DNA from: the human T2T-CHM13v2.0 reference genome, Homo sapiens | Length of the DNA: 64,000 nt | Assembly: GCF_009914755.1 (NCBI RefSeq) | Contig: NC_060932.1 | Strand: one strand, 5' to 3' | Part shown: in pieces, positions 1 to 13,486 of the stretch | Position numbering within the stretch: the stretch's first letter is position 1 | Layout of the letters: the number at the start of each line of letters is the position of its first letter | Translations under genes and position numbers: made by a program | Notes under the pieces: generated by a model | What the model was told of the DNA's origin: nothing | What the model saw: the letters and a program-made list of their open reading frames with translations, nothing else | Databases searched by the model: none

Positions 1-335
1 TCTTAAGAATATATTCCACATACTGCATTTGCTCAGTCAAGAGAAGACAAATTTTGTAACTTTTGGCCTATAGCCAAATTGCTTTCCAAAAAGATTATGC
101 TAATTTGTAATATATATTAAAACACTAGTTTTGAAGTTTGACAAAATTGTTAACCATTTTTATTTTGTTGTTGATTAATATTAAATAAAATATTTTATTT
201 TTATTTCTCTGATTATTCACAAGTATAAGGGTTTTTTACAGTATGTTTGCTAAATAATTCATTATGTTTTTTTCTAAGTAAAATGTGCTGTTTATTTAAT
301 ATTGTGTGAAGTCTTTCATAATATTCTGAGCAATT
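1..335 (-). mobile_element. Old L1 (L1ME-like) ORF2 fragment
   Basis: Antisense L1 motifs such as caaattgctttccaaaaaga...aatttg and atttctctgattatt; heavily decayed. Confidence 0.55.
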
Positions 336-724
336 GTAAAATCAATGCATCCCACTTTTGATAATACAGAAGTAAATCTACAATTCAAGAAATGTAAGAT
401 TGGCAGACTCATTCAAAACGGTATTTTTCTTGGTATTTAAAATAGAATTACATGATATACAATCTTCCAAGGTGCCCAGTGAAAGTAAGCACTTGTATAA
501 CTATGTGTGTCTCCCTCTGAGTCCATTAAACTTAAGGTACTGATTGATAGATCAATTAATTGCCTGGACTAATCAAGAGCAAGAAGACATGGGAAGGCCA
601 TGGCATTTTTGTTTACTATTATCAATATGAATTACTTATTGCATTTTGTGAGTTTAAAATCTGCTTCAAATTTTAAGTAAATTTTTATAATAATGACTCA
701 TGATATTGATGATGATGATGATGA

Positions 725-875
725 AATACCTATTAGTTTTCAAGCATCAAATATGTACCAGACATTGCACTAAATATTTGACATCGATAAACTCTAATCC
801 TCATAAATTCTTCACAAACTGTTTTCAGATGAAGCAACTGAGAATCTGAGACTATAAGTTTCTTGCCCAAGAATG
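725..875 (-). mobile_element. MIR fragment
   Basis: ttttcagatgaagcaactgagaatctgaga...cttgcccaag resembles the MIR core. Confidence 0.65.
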
Positions 876-948
876 AATGAATAGTACATGTCTATGGAAT
901 AACTAGCTATTCAGTAGGAGTAGGAGCTGTCATTTTAAGGTAACCCAG

Positions 949-1402
949 TGCTATGGATTGAGTTTGTCTCCATCAATACTCACGCTGAAATTTGATCACT
1001 AATGTGGCAGTTTTGGGGAGATGGAGCCTAGTGGGAGGTGTTTGGATAATGAGGGTGGATCCTTCATGAATAGATTGGTACTCTTCTCCCAGTAATGAGT
1101 TCTTGCTCTGGCAAGACTGAATAAGTTCTCATGGGAATGAATTAATCCTGTGAGAGTGGGTTGTTATAAAGCCAGGATGCCCCTGTGGGTTTTGCATCTT
1201 TGCATGAGCCTGCTTTCCTTTTGACCTTTTCCACCATGTTGTGATGCGGCACGAAAAGCCTTCACCAGAAGCCGAGCAGAAGGAGGCACCATGCTTCCTG
1301 TACTTCCCAGCCTGCAGAACCATGAGCTAAATAAACAATTTTTCTTTATAAATTACCCAGCCTCCGGTATTCTGTTATAGCAACACTAAATGAACTAAAA
1401 TA
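949..1402 (+). mobile_element. MaLR solo LTR (MSTC/MSTB-like)
   Basis: Starts tgctatgg; gggaggtgtttgga; ends ccagcctgcagaaccatgagctaaataaac...tataaattacccagcctccggtattctgttatagcaacac; flanks cccag/cccac resemble a 5-bp TSD. Confidence 0.9.
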
Positions 1403-1892
1403 CCCACAAATATTCATTAATATAAAATAAAAAATGATATGAAATGCTGTCTTGCTGCTGAGGAAGACTGCAGTTCATCTTCTGTCTCTCTAAATACTGA
1501 AGGATATTTATACAAGACGCAATATAGACAAAGCTATTTTTCATCATATGAAACAAAATTATCCTTCTGTGGAATTTTGTTTTTTGCTTATATTAGATGA
1601 GAGAACTAAAACTAAATTTCCATTAGTACCTCATATTCTGTGTACCTTCAAAATTGTGTCAACTTACTTTCAGGCTTGGGAATTTATTTTCTTTCATAAT
1701 TTTACCTTGGACTTGGTGCACGGGACAACCAAAAGTGTAGTGTCCGTCACTATTTGCTCTGGACAAATTGGTTTCTAGGAATTACTGGCAGTTTTCCTAG
1801 ATAAACATGAAGATTCTGAAAATAAACACATATTATCTGTAAAGACACCTAACATGAGAACCTCACAGGAGCTTAGAGTTGGCCAACAATCA

Positions 1893-2090
1893 TATTCATT
1901 CATTCATTCACAAACAATTTTAACTATTTTTAAGCATTGTGATGGATTTTAAAGGGAAACAAAGATAAATAAGAAATAGTCCCAGATCCCTAAGATCTCC
2001 CTTTCTATTGAATGAGACAGATACCAGATTAAGTAATTATAATAATGAGTTGTTATGAGAGCACTGAGGAAGAAAACCAAACCCAGCCTT
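1893..2090 (-). mobile_element. L2 3' fragment
   Basis: (ttca)n L2 tail followed by agataaataagaaatagtccc...ccctaagatctc. Confidence 0.6.
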
Positions 2091-2834
2091 TGTTACAACC
2101 GTGACCCTCTTCCATAGCTTAAGGCCAAATCACACATGGATTTATTTATTTATTTATTCCCCAAAGACTTATTGAATAGTGTATTAAAAGATGCGGACAA
2201 AAAGCTAAACCAGGCATAGACACCAACTCCCTAGCAACACATATTCTTGCGGGGAATACGAATATGTATGCAAAAGACTGATGTACAATGTAAAGAATAT
2301 AACGATTAAGGCACATACCATTCTTCAATGTTTGATAGCTCACTTGGAAGAAATTCCTCTATTGCCAAACATGAATTCTTCAAAAAGGGCACACCTTTAT
2401 TTCTTCTTCTGTTATCCAAACTAAAGACACAGAAAAGTTCGTTACCATCCCTCACTTACTTGACCACAATTCTGTGGCTGTAACTAAGGAAACAAATACA
2501 CTTAGAATTTAAGATTCTAAGGATGGAAACTAACTTGTAGGTACTTTGTCTCTAATAGGAATTCTTATTTCAGGCTTGGAATGTGAATATAGCTTCCATC
2601 TCAATGGAATATAAAAAGTGCTTCAGTGTTGAAATTCTCTGCGCACTCCTAGAAAAAGAAAATATATGTATTAAAAAATCTGCAGAGGACTTTCTGACAA
2701 AACAACTTACTTGGCCTTTCTTCACTGAAACATTCCAGTTGAATCAGTGTGTTTACATCAACCTATTAATATTTCACGAGTACTTACAATGTTTAAGGTA
2801 TTCTTCTAAGTATCCTCAGAAGTTCAGGTTATAA

Positions 2835-3440
2835 TATTATAGGACAAAGATGTTCATATGCCTGCTGCACATTAATATACCAATACACTCAAATAGCAGG
2901 GTTTGCAACAGAGAAAGAGTTTAATAATCACAGGGTGTTGAGTGAGGAGGTGGGAGGAGACCCTCAAATCCATCTCCCCAGTGGGGTTCTGGGTGGGGGG
3001 TTTTAAGAGAATCATGGAGGGTGACAGGTTGAAAATTGGAGTCATTGCTTGGTTGAGGCAAGGGGGATGAAATCATCAGGATATGGAAACTGCATTCTGT
3101 CTTCTTTGTTAAGTCAGCACCTCATGGGGTCCTTCAGACCAGCTGGTATCAGTAAAGTCCTTCAGTAGTTTCATCAGAATGCGGTACCTGAAAGAATATT
3201 TCAAAGACAAAACTTGACGTTTTATAATGCTCAAGTTGTTATCTTTACAGCAGTTAAGGGGACTATAATCTGGGTCTGTAAGATTCTAGGACAATAAGCA
3301 CCAAACAACTATGAGGAAGTAGGCCAGAGAGTAAGCTGACCTAATGATTAATGCTGAATGTACTGTACACTTTATTTATTTTTGTTTCTCTTGCTCCTTT
3401 CTCCCTGATTGATTTTATAACGTTTATAGAGATGGTTTCA
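2835..3440 (-). mobile_element. ERV1-class (MER4-group) solo LTR
   Basis: gcaacagagaaagagtttaat, ccctcaaatccatctcccc, end ...ggtttca; ATAA directly on both sides (2831-2834, 3441-3444) fits a 4-bp TSD. Confidence 0.8.
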
Positions 3441-3730
3441 ATAATCTAATTTGGGAGGTTATATATATTATATACAGAAAGAGAATTAGATACAAAGGTA
3501 TAAGTTGCCTATTACCTAATACTAGGTGTGTATGTGTGTGTGTGCGCATGTGTATAACATAGATATATATAACGTATATATGCTATGTATGTATGTGAGA
3601 TATGATATATTTATTTTTATATTTTAAATAATTCTATTTATAAAGTTTGATTTACACACCCTTTTTTTCTAAAAATATCTGATTTATAAAATAACAAACA
3701 CATATACTAAGAATAATTTTGCATATTTCT

Positions 3731-4183
3731 TTTTTTTTCCTTTGAGGCAGGGTCTCACTCTTTCACCCAGGCTGGAATGCAGTGGCGCTATCATAGCTCA
3801 TTGCAGCCTCAAACACCTGGACTCAAGTCTCACTCTTTCACCCAGGCTGGAATGCAGTGGCGCTGTCATAGCTCACTGCAGCCTCAAACACCTGGACTCA
3901 AGTCTCACTCTTTCACCCAGGCTGGAATGCAGTGGCACTGTCATAGCTCACTGCAGCCTCAAACACCTGGACTCAAGTGATCCTCCTGCCTCAGCTTCCC
4001 AAGTAGTTAGGACCACAGGAGTACACCTCCATGCTCAGCTAATTTCTTTTTATTTTTGCTTTCTGTAGAGATGGGGTCTCACTATGTTGCCCAAGCTGGT
4101 CTCTAACTCCTGGCCTCAAGGGAACCTCCAGCCTTGGCCTCACAAAGCACTGGGATTACAGGTGTGAGCCACCGTGTCTAACC
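3731..4183 (-). mobile_element. AluJ with an internal 3x75-bp tandem duplication
   Basis: Antisense Alu with J-type motifs (catagctcactgcagcctc, ggggtctcactatgttgccc); perfect 17-bp TSD taattttgcatatttct at 3714-3730 and 4184-4200. Confidence 0.95.
3752..3976. repeat. Tandem repeat, 75-bp unit x3
   Basis: Units start at 3752, 3827 and 3902 (gtctcactctttcacccaggc...cctggactcaa); only 3 variable positions. Confidence 0.97.
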
Positions 4184-6444
4184 TAATTTTGCATATTTCT
4201 ATATCTGCTTTTCCTCTACAGCATCAATGTCTCATATATCACTTGACATTTAGTAGGTACTTATTCAATATTTTGGAATGGATCAATGAATATTTTCTGA
4301 CCAAATATCAGCTGGCAGTGACAGCAATAAACCAAACCACATACTCAGTTTTTATTAAAGTTGAAAACTTTTAAGAGAAAATATGGATGAAAGCTTTTGT
4401 AGACTCCTAATATGAAATCTTTGAAACCAAGCATAAATGTGACATCATAGAGGTGATAAGCATTTGATTAACAAGGAAATGTTAAGCTTGTTTACAGTGG
4501 AGATATGGAGACTTCATTGCTTTACAAATGGAGAAAAATTTACGAAACCAAAAGATAATTGCTTATGCCACTGAGAAAAAACAAAATAGAATGTCTCCTC
4601 CTAATTGACTAATCTTTTCTACTTTTCTGTGGACTATCCAAGGAGGTTAATCTCCCATTCCTATAACTGGTAGCATTTTTAAAATTTTCCCTTGAAATAT
4701 TGAGAGATTTAAAACCCCAGCCAAGAGAAACCTTTTTCTCAGCAGCATTTTAGTAGTTTATTCCTTATTAAATACAGAAACAACAACAGAAACAAACAAA
4801 TAACAATAACAAACAAGAAACTCAATTGGAATCTATTGTATCTTTAACTTCAAAATAGATTGAGACATTTTTTAACAGCAGCATCCTAACCTATCCTGAA
4901 ATACACTTAGAACTAATAAGGGTGCTGGCCTGTTATTTAAGCTCACCTGTTTGTTTTGTTGTTTTCAGAGGTTAGAGGAGAAAATAAACCTCTGATGATT
5001 TAGCATGTTTTCACAGGCGACTGTGATGCTCCCCTGCACATCACCTCTAAGCAGATCGTACTTAATCTCTGGGCAGAGAACGACTGTCTCATGCTGTTCG
5101 GTAGCAACCTGTAAATCTGATTAAGGAATGGCCCTGACAGCTCCTGTTGAGATTTCCATCCAATTGCCTTCAGTTCCATGTTGATGGATTTATGTGAAAG
5201 AGCCTGATGGTATGGAAGAAGCCTGTTTGGGGGACCACAGAAAAACACTGTAACATAATCAGAGGTTTAAGAGAACTATCACAAGGTATTCTTTTCCTGG
5301 CATAGAAAATGAATGTAAACCTTGAAGCACTATAGCAGACAATAGGAGTTTTCCAAGTAGAGGCCATATTTACCAAAAGGGTACCTCAAACTGCATGATG
5401 ATTATGAGTACTGGGAATTCAAATGAACTTTGTCACTATTGCCAGTTTCATGAGAGAAGGATGTCCCTGGTGGAGCACAGATGGCATGTTTGAATGAGAA
5501 GCTGATTATGCCAAGAGGTTAGTATGCCTGAGAGCTTCGCTTATTGGTCTGTAAGAACATGAGGGAACCAGCTATGAATATTGATCTGTAAGTAGGATGC
5601 AGAAGAGCTAGCTATGAAGAGGAATTTATAACTCTCTCTAAAGCACCTGCGAGAATCAAAGCAACTTGAAATGCATATCCAATATAGGAATTTTAATTCC
5701 CCTAGTCTCTTCTGTTCTCTCTAAAAATAACTAGAAGAAATTCCATCTGTTTAAAATGCAGTACACAAAACTAAAAACATGGAACATTAGGAACCGTGTT
5801 ACTTAAGAAATATTTGCATGCAGAATTAAGAAATAATATACAGGAAACACAGGAATAGTAAAGAATGGAAATCCAAAAAGTTATGGCCAGATCTGCTTAA
5901 GGAGCAAAACTAAACTCTGATACTCAACTTATGGTCTTCAACATGGCTCAGCTCCCTTAAATAGTAGCTTTTATTTTGAGAACTGTTGGACCAGTTTGGG
6001 CCCTATCTTCTTCAGTACTTAATGGGGACTCCAGATGCAAAAGTAAAAAAAGAAAAAAGGATCTTTGCTGTAACTCTATCATTTATACCTGAATCTCTGA
6101 TGTTCTCCATGAAGCAATATTAGGCTGTTTCTGCCAAACAAAAAAACCTTACTCTGAGGGCATAAACTTTAATAATGTGAAACTGCTGTGCTTCTTGAAA
6201 CTGAGCTTTCCTAAAGGCCATAAGCATTTTTGGATGTCTCATCATTAGTAATTAAGATTTATTTATCAATTCTGGGTATATTAAGTTATAGAAAATAAAT
6301 TTAAAGTACAAGTTCATGATCACACATATAGTGAAATCTAAGAAAAGAAAGCAACTCTGACCTAGAAAAAATTAATCTGAGAAATCTTATTCAAATACAC
6401 CCGCAAGAGAAATTTTGCTTACATTATTTTAAAATATAAGAGCT

Positions 6445-7087
6445 GTGAGAGAAGGTTTTGTTTCAGGCCTCTTTTCTTGGCTTATAGATGGCCGTCTTCA
6501 TGTTCACAGGGTTTTCTTCTTGTATATTAGAGTCTGTCTTCAATTTTTTCCTGTTTGTAAGGAACCAGTCATATTGGCTTACAGCCAGTTCTAATGACCT
6601 TATTATAATTTGATAAAGAACTTATATTAGTCTGTTCTCATTCTGCTATAAGGACACAACCGAGACTGGGTAATTTATAAAGGAAAAGGTTTAATTGATT
6701 CACAGTTAAGCATGGCTGGGGAGGCCTCAGGAAACTTACAATCATGGTGGAAGGGGAAGCAAACAAGTCCTTCTTCACAGGGTGGCAGGAAGGAGAAGAA
6801 TGAGAGCTGAATGAATGGGGAAACCCCTTATAAAATCATCAGATCTCATGAGAACTTACTATCATGAGAATAGCATAAGAGAAACTGCTCCCATGATTCA
6901 ATTACCTCCCACCAGGTCCCTCCCACAACACATAGGAATTATGGGAACTGCAATTCAAGATGAGATTTGGGTGGGGACACAGCCAAATGATATCAGAACC
7001 CAGCTCCAAATAAGGTCACATTCTGAGGTCCTAGGGGTTAGAAATTCAACATATGAATTTTTGAGGGACACAATTCAACTCAAAGCA
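6445..7087 (-). mobile_element. MLT1 (MLT1A/B-like) LTR interrupted by THE1
   Basis: ttcaggcctcttttcttggctt...aaggaaccagtcatattgg, resuming at ccaaataaggtcacattctgagg...gggacacaattcaac. Confidence 0.85.
6623..6995 (-). mobile_element. THE1 (THE1D-like) solo LTR nested in MLT1
   Basis: tattagtctgttctca...gagactgggtaatttataaaggaaaaggtttaatt...gagatttgggtggggacacagccaaa; TSD-like gaact/gaacc. Confidence 0.92.
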
Positions 7088-7728
7088 GCACATAATGAAT
7101 ATTCAGTTACTACAAGTGGAATAATTGGTTTTGGTAATTAAGAGTGTATATCACCTCGGTAGACATAGAGTAGGGGTTATGGTTGATTAGTTAGTTGTAT
7201 TTGTGCCAAAGGGACCCATCTTTCAATTTATGCATAAAAGTTTTAGGCAATATGTGAACTCACAAGAAGAACAGAAAAATGATATAATTACTTATACCCC
7301 TATATTTATAAAAATGACTTTCTAATTATATATATATAGTTAGAAAGGCATTATATATAATATGATATATATATATAATATACCTCATAAAGTTTTATTA
7401 TTTGTAATACTTTACATTTATTTGGCTGGAAATATTTAAAAAGAATTTGTAACCTCTGAAGTATTTATTTTTTACTAAGCATATTCCTCTAAACATTAGA
7501 ACAAGTGATTTTAGAAATATGAAAGTTTTAATTTAGTCACCAGAGGGAGCTATATGTCACTGTACATAATAACTTAAAGAGAAGATACCAATGTTGTAGA
7601 AATTAAAAACATCTATACAAATGAAATTTATAAAATTGAGAAAACCAGAAATAGTGTGGTACTAAGAATAATCCAGACTTGAATAAATTTACCTATTTGA
7701 CACTCACGGAACATTCTACCCAAAATAG

Positions 7729-8196
<468 letters not shown>

Positions 8197-8367
8197 TGAC
8201 CACACTGAAATTAAATTCATAACAGAAAGATTCCTGAAAAAAGTTCTAAAACTATTTGGAAACTAAATAACACTCTTCAGAATAACTCATGTGTTAAGGA
8301 AGAAATCAAAAGGAAAATTACAAGGTAGTTTGAGCTGAATGAAAATGAGAATACCACATATCAAATT

Positions 8368-8563
8368 TGTTGTTTCCCTCTCTGTGTCCATGTGCAGAGG
8401 GTGAGAGGAGGAAAAGGAGAATAAAAATAATTATTGGGTACTAGTCTTAATACCTGGGTGATGAAATAATTTATTCAACAAACCCTGTGACCTGAGATTA
8501 CCTATATAACAAACCTGCACATGTGCCCCTGAACCTAAAGTAAAAGTAAAAAAAAAAAAAAAA
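8368..8563 (+). mobile_element. Short older L1PA 3' end with inverted 5' piece
   Basis: tacctgggtgatgaaataat...caaacctgcacatgtgcccctgaacctaaa followed by poly(A); 8368-8394 resembles antisense L1 3'UTR. Confidence 0.85.
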
Positions 8564-9119
8564 ATCAAAAAATTGTGGGATGCTGATAAAGCAGAAAACA
8601 GGGAGAAATTTACGGAATAAATATCTTTATAAAAAAGAATAACATCTCAAATCAATGACTTCAGCTTTCACCTTAAGAAACTAGATTAAAGAAGAGCAAA
8701 TTAAACTCAAAATAAGCAGAAAAAACTAAAGTATAAATTCTAAAGTATAAATTTCAGACCAAAATCTAGAAAATAGAAAACAGAAGAGCAATAGAATAAA
8801 TAAATGAAATCTGAAGTTGGCTACCCGTAAAATTGATAAATCTCTAACTAGATGGATCAGATGATCAGAAAAGAGGGAGACACAAATAATCAAGACAAGC
8901 GTGAGAGTGACAATATCACTATAGAGTCTACAGAGCTGTTGTTAAACTAAAGTTGGGAACCTGAGTTTTCTAATCTGTGAATGAAAAAAATAATACCTTT
9001 GTGTGATAACTGGTCTTCCCCATCCTGGCCTTTACAGGAAAAGTTTGAAGCTCTCTCTTGGGGCCTCTATTGCATTTTTCTATTGACCCCATTGTATTCT
9101 AATTATCTCCATATGTATT

Positions 9120-9507
9120 TGCTATAGTTTGAATGTGTCCTTCAAAGTTCACATGTAGGAAACTTAATCCCCAATACAACAATGTTGGGAGGTGAGACCT
9201 AATAAGAAGTCTCTGCCTTCATGAATAGATTAATGTCCTTATCATGGAAGTGGGTTAGTTATGAAGAGAATGAGCTGTTATAAAAGCAAATTTGGTGTTC
9301 TCTTACACACTTGCCCTCTTGCTCTTGTTTATTCTTGCTCTTCTTCCTTTTGCCCTGGGATAATGAAGAATGAAGGCCGCACTAGATGCTGGTGTCATGC
9401 ACTTGGACTTGCCAGCCTCCAGAATCATGATCCAAACAAATTTTTGTTTATTATGAATTGTCCAGTCTGTGGTATTTTGTTATAGCAACATAAAATGGAC
9501 TAAGACA
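9120..9507 (+). mobile_element. MaLR solo LTR (MSTD-like)
   Basis: tgctatagtttgaatgtgtcc...aaacttaatccccaa...gttatagcaacataaaatggactaagaca. Confidence 0.9.
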
Positions 9508-11118
9508 ATATCTTACTCCTACTCTAGACAAAGAGCGTATGCAGACAGGTGCTGAACAAGTGACTTGAAAATATAAAAGTATAAAATATTATAGGTTGTA
9601 AGAAGTGTAACACAGATAGAAATAAGAATGAACATTAGGAGAGTCAGCAAATCTACTCTGAGTGTATTCTCAGGAGAACAGCCTGGTAGCCTCTCTGGAA
9701 GAAAAGACTCATTAGAAATAACAGAAGGGAGAGGCTAAATCTCTTCCTTGCCTATTACTTCTCATTTGCTTTTTCCTGACTATTGTTAAGATTGAATATC
9801 TTTTAATACATGTTAGCTGCCTCTCTTTCCTCTTCAAAGAATTGCATTACTATATTTTTTACCCATTTTTAATTACTTTTGCTTCAAAAATTCATAAAAG
9901 TGCATTATATAATTGGGATTTTAATCCTTTGAGTGTTATGGGTAGATTGCAAATATTTTTCTCAAGCTAACATTCATCTTTTGCGGTTGCTTATAGTGTC
10001 TTTTACTGTTATGTCTTTTTATTTATGTTTTAGGTAGTTAAGTGAGGTATGTTTCATTTTATTTTCTTTATAGCATCTGAGTTTCCCACTTCACAATGAA
10101 AAAGCTATCCAAAATGTGATAAATGAAATCTGCTATTTTTCTCTAACATTTATTTCATACTATAGGCCTAAACTCTTAATCCATCTGGAATTTATTGTTC
10201 ATATCATATGAGATAGAGTCTACCTTTATTTTCTTCTAAATTAAGTGCCAGTTTTACCAGCACCTTTATTAAATAAAACAATCATTTTAATTCCTGCAGA
10301 ATTAAAATGCTAACATTACTATATATTGAGTTTTCACTTACATTTGAAAATATATATTAACATTCTTTATTTTCCCCTCAACATGTTTGTTTCTTCCTAG
10401 CACTGATGCTAGTAAGAAAGATGCATTGTTAAGTTTATAGTGAAATTAATGAATTGCCACTAGTTTTTTAGTTAGTTTTATTGGTAATTTTAGATTTCCT
10501 GACTGTATAATTATATCATCTGCAAATGCACATTTTTGTCTCTCCTTTTCTATTTAAAACCTTTTTCTTGTTTTATCACTGTGCTTGACATAATCACCTT
10601 CAATATTAAAACATAAATTTGGGTATTCCTTTCTTATTCCTGATTTTAATGGAAATTTCTTTATTATTTAGTATTGGTTATAATATTTTCTCTTACTTTT
10701 GACAAATAGTCTTTATTGTATTTCAATATTTTCCTATTTGTGTTTTTTTATAATTTAAATTTTTTTTAATTCAAGATAACGTATCGAGGAAAGGATAACT
10801 AATGTAACTATACTAACCAACTGAATTTAATCATGGATAATATTCTACTTTTTAGTCAATGTTTTTATTTGGAATACCTACTAAATTTTATTGAAGCCTT
10901 TTTATTATCAACTAATATAAGCAATTCCACCTTCCTATAATTTGTGGATATATTTAATCATATTAATAATGATGATATATTTCTTAATGTGATCTCAAAT
11001 TTATGGTCTTAGAATAAGCCCTATTTGACCATGTTGGATTACTCTCAACATACTGATGAATTTAATATGTGGATATGAGTTTTTACGTATATATAAATGA
11101 ATTTGATTGATGTTTTCT

Positions 11119-11278
11119 ATACTAACTCATAATACATGAGTTAGTACATAATACTAACTCATAATACATGAGTTAGTACATAATACTAACTCATAATACA
11201 TGAGTTAGTACATAATACTAACTCATAATACATGAGTTACTATATACTACAAACTCATAAAAAGTGAGTTAGTACATA
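11119..11278. repeat. Minisatellite with a 32-bp internally palindromic unit
   Basis: atactaactcataatacatgagttagtacata perfect at 11119, 11151 and 11183, partial at 11215, degenerate at 11244. Confidence 0.97.
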
Positions 11279-11366
11279 CTACATATTTGTATTAAGCTTA
11301 TGCGTCATACAATTTTATTCTATGTTTTAAAATCATTTAAACGTCATAGGAAGTGTATTCTCTTTA

Positions 11367-11726
<360 letters not shown>

Positions 11727-11957
11727 TCAATGATCTTTACAAACTCTTTAACAGTGATTGATCTATTTAGATGTTCTGCCTCTCCTTGGGTCAACCTTTT
11801 GTAGTATTTATTTTAGTAGAAAAAAATCATTTTCTCTAGATCCTCACATTTCTTGCCATATATTATTTTAAAGTTATACAGAGTTGCATAAGATAATATC
11901 TCATAATTCTAAAATTACTTCTATATCTGTGATTATGTTTCCTCAGTCTTAATATAG

Positions 11958-12284
<327 letters not shown>

Positions 12285-13011
12285 TAATCTGGATTGCCAT
12301 AGTTTATCTTTTTGATTATACCTTTCAAAGTGTTGGCATTTGGCTTTATTTATTTTTTCTAATACTTTTCACTTGTTTTTGAATTTTTTTTAACCTGGGC
12401 TTTAAAATAAAGTAAAATTTTTATTTCTGGGTTGGTAACAAGGTTCTTAATCAAAAACTAGTTTTTAGACTTAAAATATTGATGTTTCACTATGAAAGGA
12501 AAGGTCAAAGCCTCAAGGAGGAATCAGCTGTTTATTGAATATCTTCTATGTACATGATACCCAGTGGCACTAATCATTTCCAGCTTCCCTAGCAAAGCTG
12601 AAATATCTCAGTGAGGAAGGTGATAAATGAAAGGCACATGTAGGCCTTCATAAATAACATATTAATTAATTCATTGAACTAGACATGTTTCAGCTCTTCA
12701 CTGCAGGCCAGCTGTGTGAACTCCCAATACCTTTTTTGTAGCTTCTCGTGGTGTGGCTAGATTCTTTTATCCTACTAAATTTGAAATTGTGGAACATAGA
12801 CAAAAGTAATCCCTAGTTATTAATGGCATAACAAATCCACAAATGCATGGAGACTTAAAGCAGGACCAAAGTAAAGTAGGCATCTCTTATCTCTAAGATA
12901 ATCTTGTCTCTTGTTTCTGTCTCTTTTCAAATAATTTATGTTGTACTCCCAGCAATTTTTTTAAAGAATTTATTTTAGGAAATACTTCTGTTTAAACTCA
13001 TGGCAACCATT

Positions 13012-13486
13012 GTGGTAGTCTGAAAAAAATGGCCTCCCAAATATATAGTCACCTTCTAATCCCTGAAACCCCTGAATATAATCTTATGTGTCAAAATAGT
13101 AATGTTATCTTATTTGGAAAAAGGCTCGTTACAAATATGATTAAGTTAAGAATCTTGAGATGAAGATAATATTTTGGATCATTCTGGACCCTAAATGCCA
13201 TAGTAGTGTCCTTAGGAGAGAGAGGCAAAGGGTGACACACACACAAACAAGACACACACATACAAGTGAAGTGAAGACAGAGGTAGAGACTGAAGTAATG
13301 TGGTCACAAGCCAAGGAACACCAAGAAATACCTGCAGTGACCAGAGCTGTAAAAGTCAAGGTACAGATTCTTCTTTAGAGTATAGACACCTTCATGTTAG
13401 ATTCTGGTCTCCGTAACTGTAGGACAATACATTTCTGTTGTTTTAAACCAAATTTGTAGTAATTTGTTATGGCAGCCCTAGAAAAC
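13012..13486 (+). mobile_element. MLT1C-like solo LTR
   Basis: tgtggtag...ctaatccctgaaacc...ttaagttaagaatcttgagatg...acaagccaaggaacacc...gtaatttgttatggcagccctagaaaac. Confidence 0.88.

Noticed and set aside
3742-4068. 108-aa ORF with internal repeats as a protein gene
   Set aside because: Translation of an antisense Alu with a non-ATG start; the same applies to the Alu ORFs at 7739, 7828, 11364, 12015, 16866, 35151, 58425, 61968 and 63510
6815-7141. 108-aa ORF
   Set aside because: Chance frame across antisense THE1/MLT1 LTR sequence
11119-11278. CRISPR array (32-bp palindromic repeats)
   Set aside because: Units are directly adjacent with no unique spacers, there are no cas genes, and the DNA is human
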